From positions 83,823,209 through 83,843,208 of the forward strand of contig NC_057718.1 in NCBI RefSeq assembly GCF_004010195.1: a stretch of DNA of 20,000 nt, written 5' to 3'. Positions 10,215 to 20,000 of this stretch are shown piece after piece (the stretch's first letter is position 1; each line of letters opens with the position of its first letter). The notes below the pieces were generated by a model. The model worked only from the letters and a program-made list of their open reading frames with translations. It searched no databases and was not told the origin of the DNA. Position numbers and translations under genes: made by a program. The DNA is from Chiloscyllium plagiosum. Taxonomy: Eukaryota.

Positions 10215-10617
10215 AACCAGATGGTGAGTAGCTTGGAGAGGAACTTGCAGGTTATGCGCTCCCATTTGTCTGTTTCAAGCTGGGAGTCGTCATTGATTAT
10301 GAAGATGCTGTCTTAGGATCTTCAGTCAATTTCTGCACTGCAGCTTGTGGATAATATACACTGCTGCTACTAAGCATCAGTAGTAGAGGGAATGGAAGCT
10401 TGTAAATGTGAAATGAATTAAATGGGCTCCTTTGTCCTGGATGGTGTTCAAGCTTCTTGAGTGTTCTTGGAGCTTCTCCCATCCAGACAAGTGTGGAGTT
10501 TTCCATTACACTCCTGACTTGTCAATGATGGGCAGAGTTTGGGGAACCAGGAGGTGATTTAGTCAATGCAGTATTCCTGGCCTCTGACCTGCTCTTATAG
10601 CTACTGCATTTACATGA
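10215..10617 (-). mobile_element. CR1/L2-group (ZfL3-like) LINE ORF2 C-terminal fragment
   Basis: QVRSVMENSTLVWMGEAPRTLKKL; same family as 16290-16915 and 18757-19873. Confidence 0.75.
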
Positions 10618-10693
10618 CACCACCAATTTTTCAAGGGTAACTAGGACAGGCAATAAATGCTACACCCACATATCACAAATGAATAAAACAAAA
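10618..10693 (+). mobile_element. 3' tail of the same ZfL3-like LINE family, opposite orientation
   Basis: CACCACC...TCAAGGGTAACTAGGACAGGCAATAAATGCT...CCCACAT...AATGAATAAAA. Confidence 0.7.
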
Positions 10694-10924
10694 GTTCCAT
10701 GGAACAAAGGGACCTTGGGCATTATTGTCCATAGATCTCAAGGCAGAAGGCCACATCAATAGGTTAGTGAAAAAGATAAATTGGGCACTTACCTTTATCA
10801 ACTGAGGCACAGATTACAAACGCAGGGAAGTCATGATGGAGTTGTATCAAAGTTTAGATCACAGCTAGAGTACAGTGTGCGGTTCTGGTTGCCATATTAC
10901 AGGTAGGATGTAATCGCACTAGAG

Positions 10925-11445
10925 TGAGAATGTGAATAGGGGTATGGGCAGGCAGGGAAAGAGTTATGTTCTGAGTTTTGTGAAACAAGAGGTTCATGAC
11001 CCCGATCAGATAATAATGGGATGCTGGTGGCAAGGGTAATGGGTTAACAAGGTGGAAAAGCATTCATTATGTCGAGCCATTTCACAATATTGGAAACATT
11101 TAATATGTACGGTCAATTTAACAAGGTGAAAAGTATTCATTATGTGAAGCCAGTTAAGGTTAAGAACATTCATTGTGTAACAACAGATGGCTTAATCTCT
11201 ATTATTGACACTTGCTGATTGTAATGGTCACCTAATCAATATCCACAAGCTGCCTTATCTGGATGCTCTTCCCAGTAAGTGACTATATAATTCCTTAAGA
11301 AACTGCTGTTCCAGAGAAGACAGTGCACTCACATCCATGTGCACATGGGTGAACGTTCTCTCTCCCTGCAGGGCCTGGAATAAAGATGGAGGTAAAACTA
11401 CACTGTTTCTAAGCATTTTGCTTCAATTAAGGTGGGGGGGGGGTG
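10925..11445 (+). mobile_element. Probable solo LTR (ERV/LTR retrotransposon) within CR1
   Basis: TG start, four ~36-bp tandem units 11044-11178, TATATAA 11284-11290, AATAAA 11379-11384 in U3-R-U5 order; the right boundary and TSD are unclear. Confidence 0.6.
11044..11178 (+). repeat. Imperfect tandem repeat, about 36 bp x 4
   Basis: CATTCATTATGT-like cores start at 11061, 11097, 11134 and 11167. Confidence 0.8.
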
Positions 11446-12375
11446 GGCGGAAGATGTGATGACTGGAGAACATGCAGAGTAGATTAACCACCATACTGCC
11501 TGGGGTGGAAAATTTAAGTTGTGAGGAAAGGTTGGATAGGTTGGGTTTTATTTTTGGAGCAGAAAAGAGTAAGGGATGATCTGATACATAATAGGACATC
11601 ATGAGGAGCACGGACAGAGTGGATAAGGAGCAGCAGCTTCCTTTATTTGAAGGTTTCGTCACAAAGAGGCATGGGGTCAAGGGAATGGGCAAGAATTTTT
11701 TTTAAGGGGGTGTGGGAGGGAGGACAAACCTTTTCACCCACAAGATGGTGACTGTCTGCGATGTGCTGCCTGGGAGGGCGGTAGAGTTGCATCATGTAGT
11801 TTAAATGGGATTAGATTGATGGTCAACTGTTTCCCACATCAGTGCAGACTCGATGGGCCAAAGGGCCTCTTCTGCACTCTACGATTCTATAATCGAACAC
11901 GAGGAAACGTTCCAACATGGCAAATTGCAGATTAGCTGATTTTTCCAAAAGTAGTTGCCCCCGTGTGCTTCGTGAAGTTTCATTTATGTCAAGAAGAAGT
12001 TGACTCAACAGTATAAGTGTCTGTCTAAAAATGGACTATACTTACTTGAGTATCTTGCATGCATTTACAACTGTCTTTGGTAGCTTCTGTATTATCAATA
12101 CAAACCTAAAGCAGTACTTTTAAAAGGCTAATCTTGTGTAGATCCTCACCCTAGTTCACCAAGTAACATTTTAACCAATCTGTCTCACATATTGTTGGAA
12201 ACACAGCCCTATCCAACAAAGCACAATTGAAGGAATATCTGCCAAAATGTTCACTTTAGTACTCAACTCCTCTTCACTAAGGAATATTACAGTACTACAG
12301 AAAGTTCATGGGATGCAAAACATTATGGGCTGCTGCCACAGCTTCCAAATTTCTTCAGCACTTTGTAATTTTTTT

Positions 12376-12468
12376 AAGGATTATCAACCTGAAATATTAA
12401 CGTTTTTCCTCCCCAGATGCTGCTGTAATAGCCAGATCCAAAGGTATTTTCCTTGTTTTACTATTAAT
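12376..12468 (+). mobile_element. Very decayed Penelope pLTR remnant
   Basis: CCTGAAATATTAAC...CCCCAGATGCTGC...GTATTTTCCTTGTTTT is loosely colinear with the GAAACGT...CAGATGCTGCC...CAGCATTTTC pLTR pattern. Confidence 0.35.
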
Positions 12469-13149
12469 TTTATCCTCCTGTTATAATGACACCTACATCC
12501 AATACCTGAACTATTTCCATTGAGCCTTTTTATACTTTGTGACAGGACAGTTCATTTCACTAGCTAAAAGTAAACACTTCTGGCATTTATTTTAAGGCAA
12601 TAGATATCTGATCCAATAACATTGCCTTCTCAGAAAACAAAGCACCAATTAGCTCCAGTTTGCTGTTCATATCACTCTAGCACAATTCAGCTATCGAAAT
12701 ACTGACACAGCTCTAGTATCCCAAAATTGAATTTTGACATCTTTTAATAAAAATTTATTAAGGTCCATGACATATTTTTCCATGGAATCTCAAATTTTGA
12801 TCATGCGTCATAGGCATTTAACAGGAAGTTTTTCTTTTATGTTCAATCCAGGAAACCAAAGAGCAAATGCAAACTTTGATCACTAATCATTTGGAAAGCA
12901 GCCATCTCAACACATACTTTACTTCTGATTTTGCTTTGAGTAGGAAGCAACAACTACAATGCCTTGACTTTTCTTTGGTATAATATTAACCAAATCTTCA
13001 TTTATTCTACTGATCATGTGGTTCACATTCCAAGAACATGAGACTACAAACTAAAAACTTGCCTTTACCATTTTCCACAATTGTCACGCAAAATTTAATT
13101 TAATGACTGGATTTAAAAAGAAAACTAACGGCATCCTTCAGCATCCTTC

Positions 13150-14165
13150 CATTTTTATTTGGTCATAGGATGTGTGAAGGCCAGTACAAAACCAGCATTT
13201 AATCCCTTTCCAAAGGATGTCGTGGGTTACAGAGGGACATGGATAAGCTGCAGAGCTGAGCTGAGAGGTGACAAATGGAGATTAATGTGGAAGCGTGTGA
13301 GGTGATTCACTTTGGAAGGCCGAACAGGAATACAGAGTACTGGGCTAATGGTCTGATTCTTGGTTGTGTGGATGAGCAGAAAGATATCTGTGTCCATGTA
13401 CGTAAATCCCTGAAAATTGCCACCCAGGTTGAGAAGGTTGTTAAGAAGGCATGGGCGTTGTTAGCTTTTACTTGTAGAGGGATTGACTTTCAGAGCCACG
13501 AGGTCATTCTGCAGCTGTACAAAACTCTGGTGCGACCGCACTTGGAGTATTGCATACAATTCTGGACACTGTGTTATAGAAAGGATGTGGAAGGTTCGAA
13601 AAGGGTGCAGTGGAGATTTACCAGGATGTTATGGAGGGCAGCTCTTATGAGGAAAGACTGAGGGATTTAAGGCTGTTTTTGTTAGAGAGAAGGTTGAGGG
13701 GTGACTTAATTGAGACATGTACAATAATCAGAGGGTTGGATATGGTGTACAGCGAGAGCCTTTTTCCTCGAATGGTGATGGCTAGCGCAAGGGGACAAAG
13801 CTTTAAATTGAGGGATGATAGATATAGGACAAATGTCAGAGGTAGGTTCTTTATTCAGAGTATTAAGGGTGTGGAACGGCCTGCCTGCAAGAGGAGTAGA
13901 CTCTCCAACTTTAAGGGCATTTAAATGGTCATTGGATAAACATAGGATGAAAATGGAATAGGCTTCAGATTGGTTTCACAGGTCGACGCAACATCGAGGG
14001 TCCAAGGGCCTGTACTGCACGGTAATGTTCTATGTTCTATCCCTAACTATCCATGACAAGCCATCTTCTACTCCTCCTGAGAAGCTGGTACATTCAGAGT
14101 ATTCAGAGTGGGGAGTTGCAGGATATCCAGTTGCAGTAACAAATGGTGATATTGTTCCAAGTGAG
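13150..14165 (-). mobile_element. Old ZfL3-like LINE 3' end, split by the CR1 at 13215-14040
   Basis: TTTTATTTGGTCATAGGATGTG...CCAGCATTTAATCCC to the left and CCCTAACT...GGGAGTTGCAGGAT...TTCCAAGT to the right match the reverse complement of the tail at 10618-10693 and its upstream UTR. Confidence 0.55.
13215..14040 (+). mobile_element. 5'-truncated CR1 LINE
   Basis: CEVIHFGR, LQLYKTLVRPHLEYCIQFW, YEERLRDLRLFLLERRLRGDLIE; ends in (TGTTCTA)2. Confidence 0.92.
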
Positions 14166-14346
14166 AAAGACCCACAAGACCAGAAGAAATAGTAACAGCC
14201 GTAGCTATCCAACTCCTTGAGCCTCCTCTGCCTTTCATAGGATCATTGCTGATCTGACATTTATCACATCAATTTTTCTTGCCTTACCCTGGTGACTCTC
14301 TCTTCCCCTACTGATTAAGAACTTAACTCAACCTTAAATACACACT

Positions 14347-15380
14347 GGATAAAAGCAAATTACTGCGAATACTGGAATCTGAAACCAAAAGAGAAAATGC
14401 TGGAAAATCTCAGCAGGTCTGGCAGCATCTGTAAGGAGAGAAAAGAGCTGACGTTTCAAGTCAAACTGACCCTTTGTCAAAGCTAAAAAAAGGGAGAAAT
14501 AGAGAGGTATTTATACTAGGCTGAGAGAAGGTGAGTCATGGCTCCAGAAGTAAAGGTAGCAATAAAGAGGTGATAATGACAGTGCATAGAGAGATTATGG
14601 GGGGATTAGGAGCTATGAATGACCAAGGCTGAAGCCAGTGCTATGTGACAAAATATGTGGGGCTGTAACATGCCTAGTCTGAAGATGAGATGCTGTTCTT
14701 CCAGTTTGCGTTGAGCTTCACTGGAACATTGCAGCAGGCCAAGGACAGACATGTGGGCATGGGAGCAGGATTGTGTGTTGAAGTGGCAAGCCACAGGAAG
14801 GTCTGGGACCTGATTGCATACAGACCAAAGGTGCTCAGCAAAGCGATCACCCAGTCGGCATTTTGTTTCTCTGATATAGAGGAGACCACATCGGGAGCAG
14901 CGAATGCAATAGACCAAATTGAAAGAGGTACAAGTGAAACGCTGCTTAATCTGAAATGAGTGTTTGGGGCCTTGGATGGTGAGCGTGGAAGAGGTAAAGG
15001 GGCAGATGTTACACCTGCGATTGCATGGGAAAGTGCCGTGTGTGTTGGGAGAGTTGTTAGGTGTGATGGAGGAGTGGACGAGGTTGTCCCGGAGGGAATG
15101 ATCTCTGCGGAGTGCAGGCAGGGGGAGGGAAGGGAAGATGTGTTTCGTGGTGGCATCGTGTTGGAATTGGCGAAACTGGCGGAGGATTATTCTTTGCATG
15201 TGAAGGTTGGTGGGGTGAAAGGTGAGAACAAGAGGGACCCTATCCTTATTCTGGGAGGGGAGGGAGGGGGTGAGGGTCGTGGCGAGGGAGATGGACCGCA
15301 CGCTGTTGAGAGCCTTGTCAACAACTGAAGGTGGGAAGCCACGGTTGGAGAAGAAGGAGCACATATTAAGAGCACCACTT
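14347..15380 (-). mobile_element. 5'-truncated Penelope-like element: RT thumb, linker, GIY-YIG endonuclease and 3' pLTR
   Basis: Open frame 14606-15364: FSNRGFP, RVPLVLTFHP, PCNRRCNIC, FTCTSFNLVYCIRCSRCGLLYIRETKCRLGDRFAEH, VACHFN, RKLEEQHLIFRLGMLQP; pLTR at about 14349-14600. Confidence 0.92.
14446..14484 (-). ncRNA. Variant or degenerate hammerhead-like motif in pLTR
   Basis: Minus strand AGCT-TTGACAA-AGGGTCA-GTT-TGACTT-GAAAC-GTC-AGCT: helices I and II are intact, but the core is UUGACAA instead of CUGANGA. Confidence 0.5.
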
Positions 15381-16289
15381 TAAGGACTCTGCACTCTCAG
15401 CTCTGTGTGGCAAGTTTCAGAGACACTCAATTCTCATAAGAAATTCTTCCTCAATTTTAAATTGGCACCCCTTTATTCTGAGGCTATCCCCTCTGGTCAC
15501 AGACTTTCCCATGAAGTGAAACACGTTCTCAGCATTTACCCTGTCAACCCCCAAAGAATCCTATATGCTTCAATAATATTTCTCATTATTCTGACTGTCA
15601 AAGAGGAGAGTCCTAACCTGTTCAGCCTTTGCTCACTGAACAGTCCCTCTATACGGAGTTTCATCTGACTGAAGCTCCTCTGAATTGCCTCCAATGGAAT
15701 GACATCTTTTCTTGAATAAAGGGAAACAAAACTGTTCACAGTACTCCAGATGTGGTCTCACTTGCATTTTGTACAGTTGAGGTAAGACTTGCTTACTCTT
15801 GTACTCCAAACCCTTTGAAAGAAGGGCCAATGTTCCATTTGCCTTCCTGATAACCTATGGCACCTTTATGCCAGCTTTGTATTTGATGAGCAAGTACCCC
15901 TAAGTTCTTCAGCTTTTTGTACATGTTCTTCATTTAGATGCTGTTCATTTGTTCTCCCCAAAATGACCTTCACCTATTGTTCCACAGTAAACAGTTGCAT
16001 CCAAGCACTGATCCCTGTGGAACTCCAGTGGTTACATGTTACCAACCTGGAAACAAAAACCCCTTATTCCCACTCCTTGTTTCCTCTCTATTAGGCAATC
16101 ATCTATCCCCAACAACGTACTACCACCAACAGTATGGAGTCTTATTTTTATGACTTAGCCTTTGAGATACTTGTTAAGTGCCTTCTGGTAGTCCAAACAC
16201 AACAAATCTACTGGTTCCCCTTTATCCATTCTGGTTGAGACTTCCTCAAAAAACAAATAAATTGTATGAATTGTAACTTCAAAAGTGAT

Positions 16290-16915
16290 CTCACAGACGC
16301 TGATATTCTCATGCAACTACACCTTTAATCTTACAGGCAGTAGAAGTTTGGGGGTTTGGAAAATGGATATTACAAGAGCATTCTAAAGGGTATTGCATCG
16401 CATTCTGGAACTGTATCTTGTAGATCGTAGACAAGGGAGACGACCTAGCTGAGGAATTTTGATCAGTTCTTGTAACCACTGTATTGGTATGAGAAGTCCA
16501 GTCAAGTTTCTGGTCAAGGGTAACCTTTAGGATGTTGATGCTGGTGGATTCAGCAATTATAGGTACAGTCAATGCCAGGGGGAGAAATGTTACTTAGCAT
16601 TGATCAGCCCAAGCCTGAAATGTTTCCTTGTCTTACTGTATGCAGGCATGAACAACCTCACTCTCAGTTGTGAACAACATGTGCAGTCACCAGTTTCATC
16701 CATATTTCTTCCCTGATTATACAAGAACGACCATTGGAAGATGCTCATGTTGTCGGGCCTAGGACGTGACTGAGAAACCTCTGCACTGATGTCCTGGGGC
16801 TGCAAAGACTGGTCTCCAAGCACCATACCTATCTTCCTTTGTGTCCAGTATGACTCCAACCAGTTGAGGGTTTTTCTCCTGATTATCATTGACTTCAAAC
16901 TTTACTAGGGCTCCT
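16290..16915 (-). mobile_element. ZfL3-like LINE RT fragments with internal deletions
   Basis: KTLNWLESYWTQRKIGMVLGDQSLQPQDISAEVSQ; ESTSINILKVTLDQKLDWTSH; LSTIYK. Confidence 0.75.
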
Positions 16916-17547
16916 AAATAACAAATTCAACTGCTGCACACATGGAAAGATTAGTCCTTCTGTTTTCAAATTCAGTTTTTAAAAAAAATCTTTTGACGAA
17001 GACTATGAAGAATGCAGAAGTTGTATGGTCCTGGCAGAGCAGAGACTGAGCAATGTGTTGCTGAGTAAATAAATGCTGCTTCATCGCAACCATTCTCTGG
17101 TATGATGGTATGTTCCAAAAAATCAGATTGAGGAAAGATGCAAATACAACCTATTCTTCTTACACTGTGTAAACTATTATTTACAGAGATCACATTACAA
17201 AGATGTGATTCAAAACTAAATGGAGATTGTGTCGTTACCTTCAAACTGGACAATCGACAATGGATCTTAATGTCTCATTGCCAAAAAAAATCAACTGAAT
17301 AAGCTTGGAAGCATTGAGAAGTAACCAGAACAAAAAAGGAATGGTGGCATACTGATTGGTGGGCACTATGGAAGTAATTAATTTTGAAGATTGGTTTTTC
17401 GGGAAGTAAGAAATAAAACATGTGTATAACACAGTTATGAGTCATATTATTGTGGTTGTATATGAAAGAATCAAATAAAACTAAGTCTGTTTTGTTAAAA
17501 CAACTGAAATCCTGTTGCTTCAAACTAATTTGTTCTTGATTCTTTTA

Positions 17548-17646
17548 ATCTACCTGTTCAAACACATTATGACACTTCTCGGACAGGTGGGACTTGAACA
17601 CAAATTTCCACCCCAGAAGTCGAGAGACTACCACTGCACCAAAGAC
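17548..17646 (-). mobile_element. tRNA-derived SINE head fragment
   Basis: Minus-strand A box TGGTGCAGTGG (17631-17641) and B box GTTCAAGTCCC (17589-17599) at tRNA-like spacing; no cloverleaf. Confidence 0.65.
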
Positions 17647-18208
17647 TGATGTTGATATAACCTAACTGGACTGCATTATTTGTGAATAACCTTTTCAGGT
17701 TTACTACATCGTAAATTTACTCAATGTTACTGGAAAATATGGAGAGATGTGCATGAAACTGAATAGCTCCAGTTCACCAAATATTCTAGATTCTTCATCC
17801 TAATCAAGGAGTCAATCATATGCTGTCCTCCACAAATGCTCTCCAATATTTTAGTACCCAGGCCTATAACATGGTACTTCAGGTCAATCTCCTCTTCCAT
17901 GTGAGATTCAAAATCAGACAGCAACCAGAGGATTTTATCTCCAATTCTGTCCTCCAAACATTTCACATGATTATAACATTTTTAAGAGCTGAGTACATAT
18001 GGATACCTCAAGAATCAGAATGATTTCTCTTCCTAAAGTCAGTTCCTCGCAACTGTTCATTGAACCATAGCTATGCATGTGCTATGATTTTTTTTTAAGC
18101 ATGGACAGGGTAAGGAAACAGTCTTCAAGTTGATCTGAGTTGGATTAAAGTTTCAGCTCTTGATGTTAATCTGAACCATAGGGTAATCATATGGCTAACT
18201 GGGATACG

Positions 18209-18309
18209 TAGAGTCATAGAGATGTACAGCATGGAAGCAGACCCTTCGGTCCAACTTGTCCATTCTGAGCAGATATCCTGAACTAATCTAGTTACTTTTG
18301 CCAGCGCTT
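18209..18309 (-). mobile_element. CR1 3' terminal fragment, same family as 1715-4126
   Basis: AGAGTCATAGAGATGTACAGCATGGAAGCAGACCCTTCGGTCCAAC is close to the reverse complement of 4081-4126. Confidence 0.85.
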
Positions 18310-18424
18310 TATTTTTTTAAAAAGCAAATGTTATTCAGCAGTCCATTCTCAACAGCAATTCTCAGTTCCAAACCCAGTGAGAAAAATAAAAGAAAAAATG
18401 TGAAGATATCAACAATAGCTAATG

Positions 18425-18755
18425 GAAAAGTCGAAAGAAGGGATCGATGAGGCCAATGCTGTTGATATTGTGTACATGGATTTCCAAAGGCATTTATTAC
18501 AGTGCCACCTCAAAAGACTTGTGAGCAAAGTCACAGGTCTGGAAGTAAAAGAGTCAGAGCAACATGGATATTAAATTGTCTCCTGTCACTCAGAGAGGTG
18601 GTCAATGGATGTTTTGAGCTGGAAGAAAAGTTTGTTTTGAGAATTCTCGAGTGATTGCTGTTGACACTCTTGCCCTTCCCATTATAGATTGATGACCAAG
18701 ACCTTGAAGGACATGGCATGATTTCAAAATTGGCACATGGTATCACGAACTGCGG
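18425..18755 (+). mobile_element. Old CR1 RT internal fragment
   Basis: IDEANAVDIVYMDFQRAF; a decayed ISKFADD motif (ISKLAHG). Confidence 0.75.
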
Positions 18756-18756
18756 A

Positions 18757-19873
18757 TAAGGTGGTGGTGAGCAGTTTGGTTGAACTCTTACAGTCTTTTG
18801 ATTGTAGGTGCACCCAGAATGATGTTATCCAGGTACGTCCAGGCATGAGTAGTGCTAAATGTTACGCAATCTTGGACAAATATCTCCACTTCTAACATTA
18901 TAATGGCGAGATGGTCATTGATGTGAGCTGAAGATAGTTAAATTGAGGACACTACCCTGAGCAACTCATTCAGAGATATGTTGGAGCTGATCTCCAACAG
19001 CCACAATCATCTTCCTCTGTGCGGATATGACTCCAAATCTTGGAGAGTTTGCCCCGATTCACATTGATTCCTGTTCTGTGAGGGTTCCTTGATGCCACTT
19101 GAACTAATGTTGCTGTAATGATGTCAAGGCTTGTTAAGCTTACCTCTGAAATTCAGTGTTTCTGTCTATCTAAAAACTAAGGCCGGAAGGAGATCAGGAG
19201 TTGAGTGGCTCTGGCAGAACCCAAATTGGGCATCAGTCAATAGGTTATTGCTGAGCAGGTGATGCTGATAGCACAATTGATACTTTGCATTACTTCACTT
19301 ATCAGGAGTACATTGATGGAACAGTAATTTGTCAGGATGCATTTGTCCTGCTTTTTGTTAACAGGGCATACCTGGGCAGTTTTCCACATTGTCGGGTAAA
19401 TGCCAGTATTGCAGCTGTATTCAAAGAACTTTGCTTGGGGAGTGGCAAATTCTGGAGCACAAGTCTTCAGCGTTATTGCTGCAATGTTGTCAGGACTCAT
19501 AGCTTTTGCAGTATCCAGTGCCTCCAACCATTTCTTGATATTAAGTTGCCTGAGGACTGATGTCTATAATGCTGGGAGCCACTGGAAGAGGACATGGTGG
19601 ATCAACCACTGGGCGCGGTGACTAAAGATTACTGCAAATACTTCAGCCTTATCTTTTGTGCTGATGTGTTGGCTGTTCCATTAATCAGATGGGGATATTT
19701 GTGGAGCTTCCTCCTCTGTTGCGTTCTCCACCATCATTTACTATTGGATGTAGCAGGACTGCAGAGCTTAAATCTAACCTATTTGTTTTGGGATCCCTGA
19801 GCTCTGCTTTTGCTGTTTTGGCTTACAAGTAGTAGCCCTGTTTGGTAGCTTCATTGGATTGACACCTCATTTA
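18757..19873 (-). mobile_element. ZfL3-like LINE RT region with deletions
   Basis: EALDTAKAMSPDNIAAITLKTCAPE...GIYPTMWKTAQVCPVNKKQDK..NY; VAQGSVL; a 3' UTR piece AAGGTGGTGGTGAGC near 18760. Confidence 0.8.
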
Positions 19874-19874
19874 T

Positions 19875-20000
19875 TGGATCAGTGGTGCTGGAAGAGCACA
19901 GCAATTCAGGCAGCATCCGAAGACAGGCAAAATCGACGTTTCGGGCAAAAGCCCTTCATCAGGAATAAAGGCAGAGAGCCTGAAGCGTGGAGAGATAAGC
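19875..20000 (-). mobile_element. Penelope pLTR (same subfamily as 2462-2988) with intact hammerhead core, running off the window
   Basis: Near-identical to 2465-2587; minus-strand CTGATGA-A-GGGC-TTTT-GCCC-GAAAC-GTC at 19962-19935. Confidence 0.88.

Larger units (their letters stand above)
10698..11894 (+). mobile_element. CR1 LINE 3' part interrupted by an LTR-like block
   Basis: EQRDLG..., QLEYSVRFWLPYYR*DV; resumes at about 11450 (MQSRLTTILPGVENLSCEERLDRLG); tail GATGGGCCAAAGGGCCTCTTCTGCACT...GATTCTAT. Confidence 0.8.
14165..16265 (-). mobile_element. CR1 LINE 3' part, interrupted by a Penelope element
   Basis: KGLEYKSKQVLPQLYKMQVRPHLEYCEQF, RLNRLGLSSL, VPQGSVLG; the 3' UTR continues across the insertion (ACCTTAAATACACACT | TAAGGACTCTG). 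Confidence 0.8.

Noticed and set aside
11044..11178. CRISPR-like spacing of repeats
   Set aside because: Units are degenerate tandem copies with no unique spacers, in a vertebrate context with no cas genes.
14343..15379. CACT as TSD of the Penelope insertion
   Set aside because: Only 4 bp; cannot be told apart from microhomology or chance.
16972..18023. ORFs of 60-93 aa in unique AT-rich sequence
   Set aside because: No recognisable domain and no consistent splice signals.

Overview
Eukaryotic (vertebrate) non-coding DNA, dominated by nested retroelements. The repeat set (HE1/V-SINE, several CR1-clade LINEs, a Rex1/Babar-type LINE, Penelope-like elements) points to a cartilaginous fish, probably a shark (inference, not a database result). 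No intact host gene or full-length ORF is recognisable; the ORF track is mostly decayed RT or GIY-YIG fragments and chance ORFs. The most notable structure is a group of Penelope-type pseudo-LTR (pLTR) modules carrying minimal hammerhead-ribozyme cores (CUGANGA-a-GGGC-N4-GCCC-GAAAC-GUC). Two of them (2179-2395, 2462-2988) are ORF-less fold-back insertions with exact 12- and 10-bp target-site duplications and a 37-39 nt unpaired tail, inserted about 55 bp apart in one CR1 copy. Related modules lie at about 1100, 14450 and 19940. Also present: two probable solo LTRs, an inverted LINE, and weak minus-strand exon candidates.
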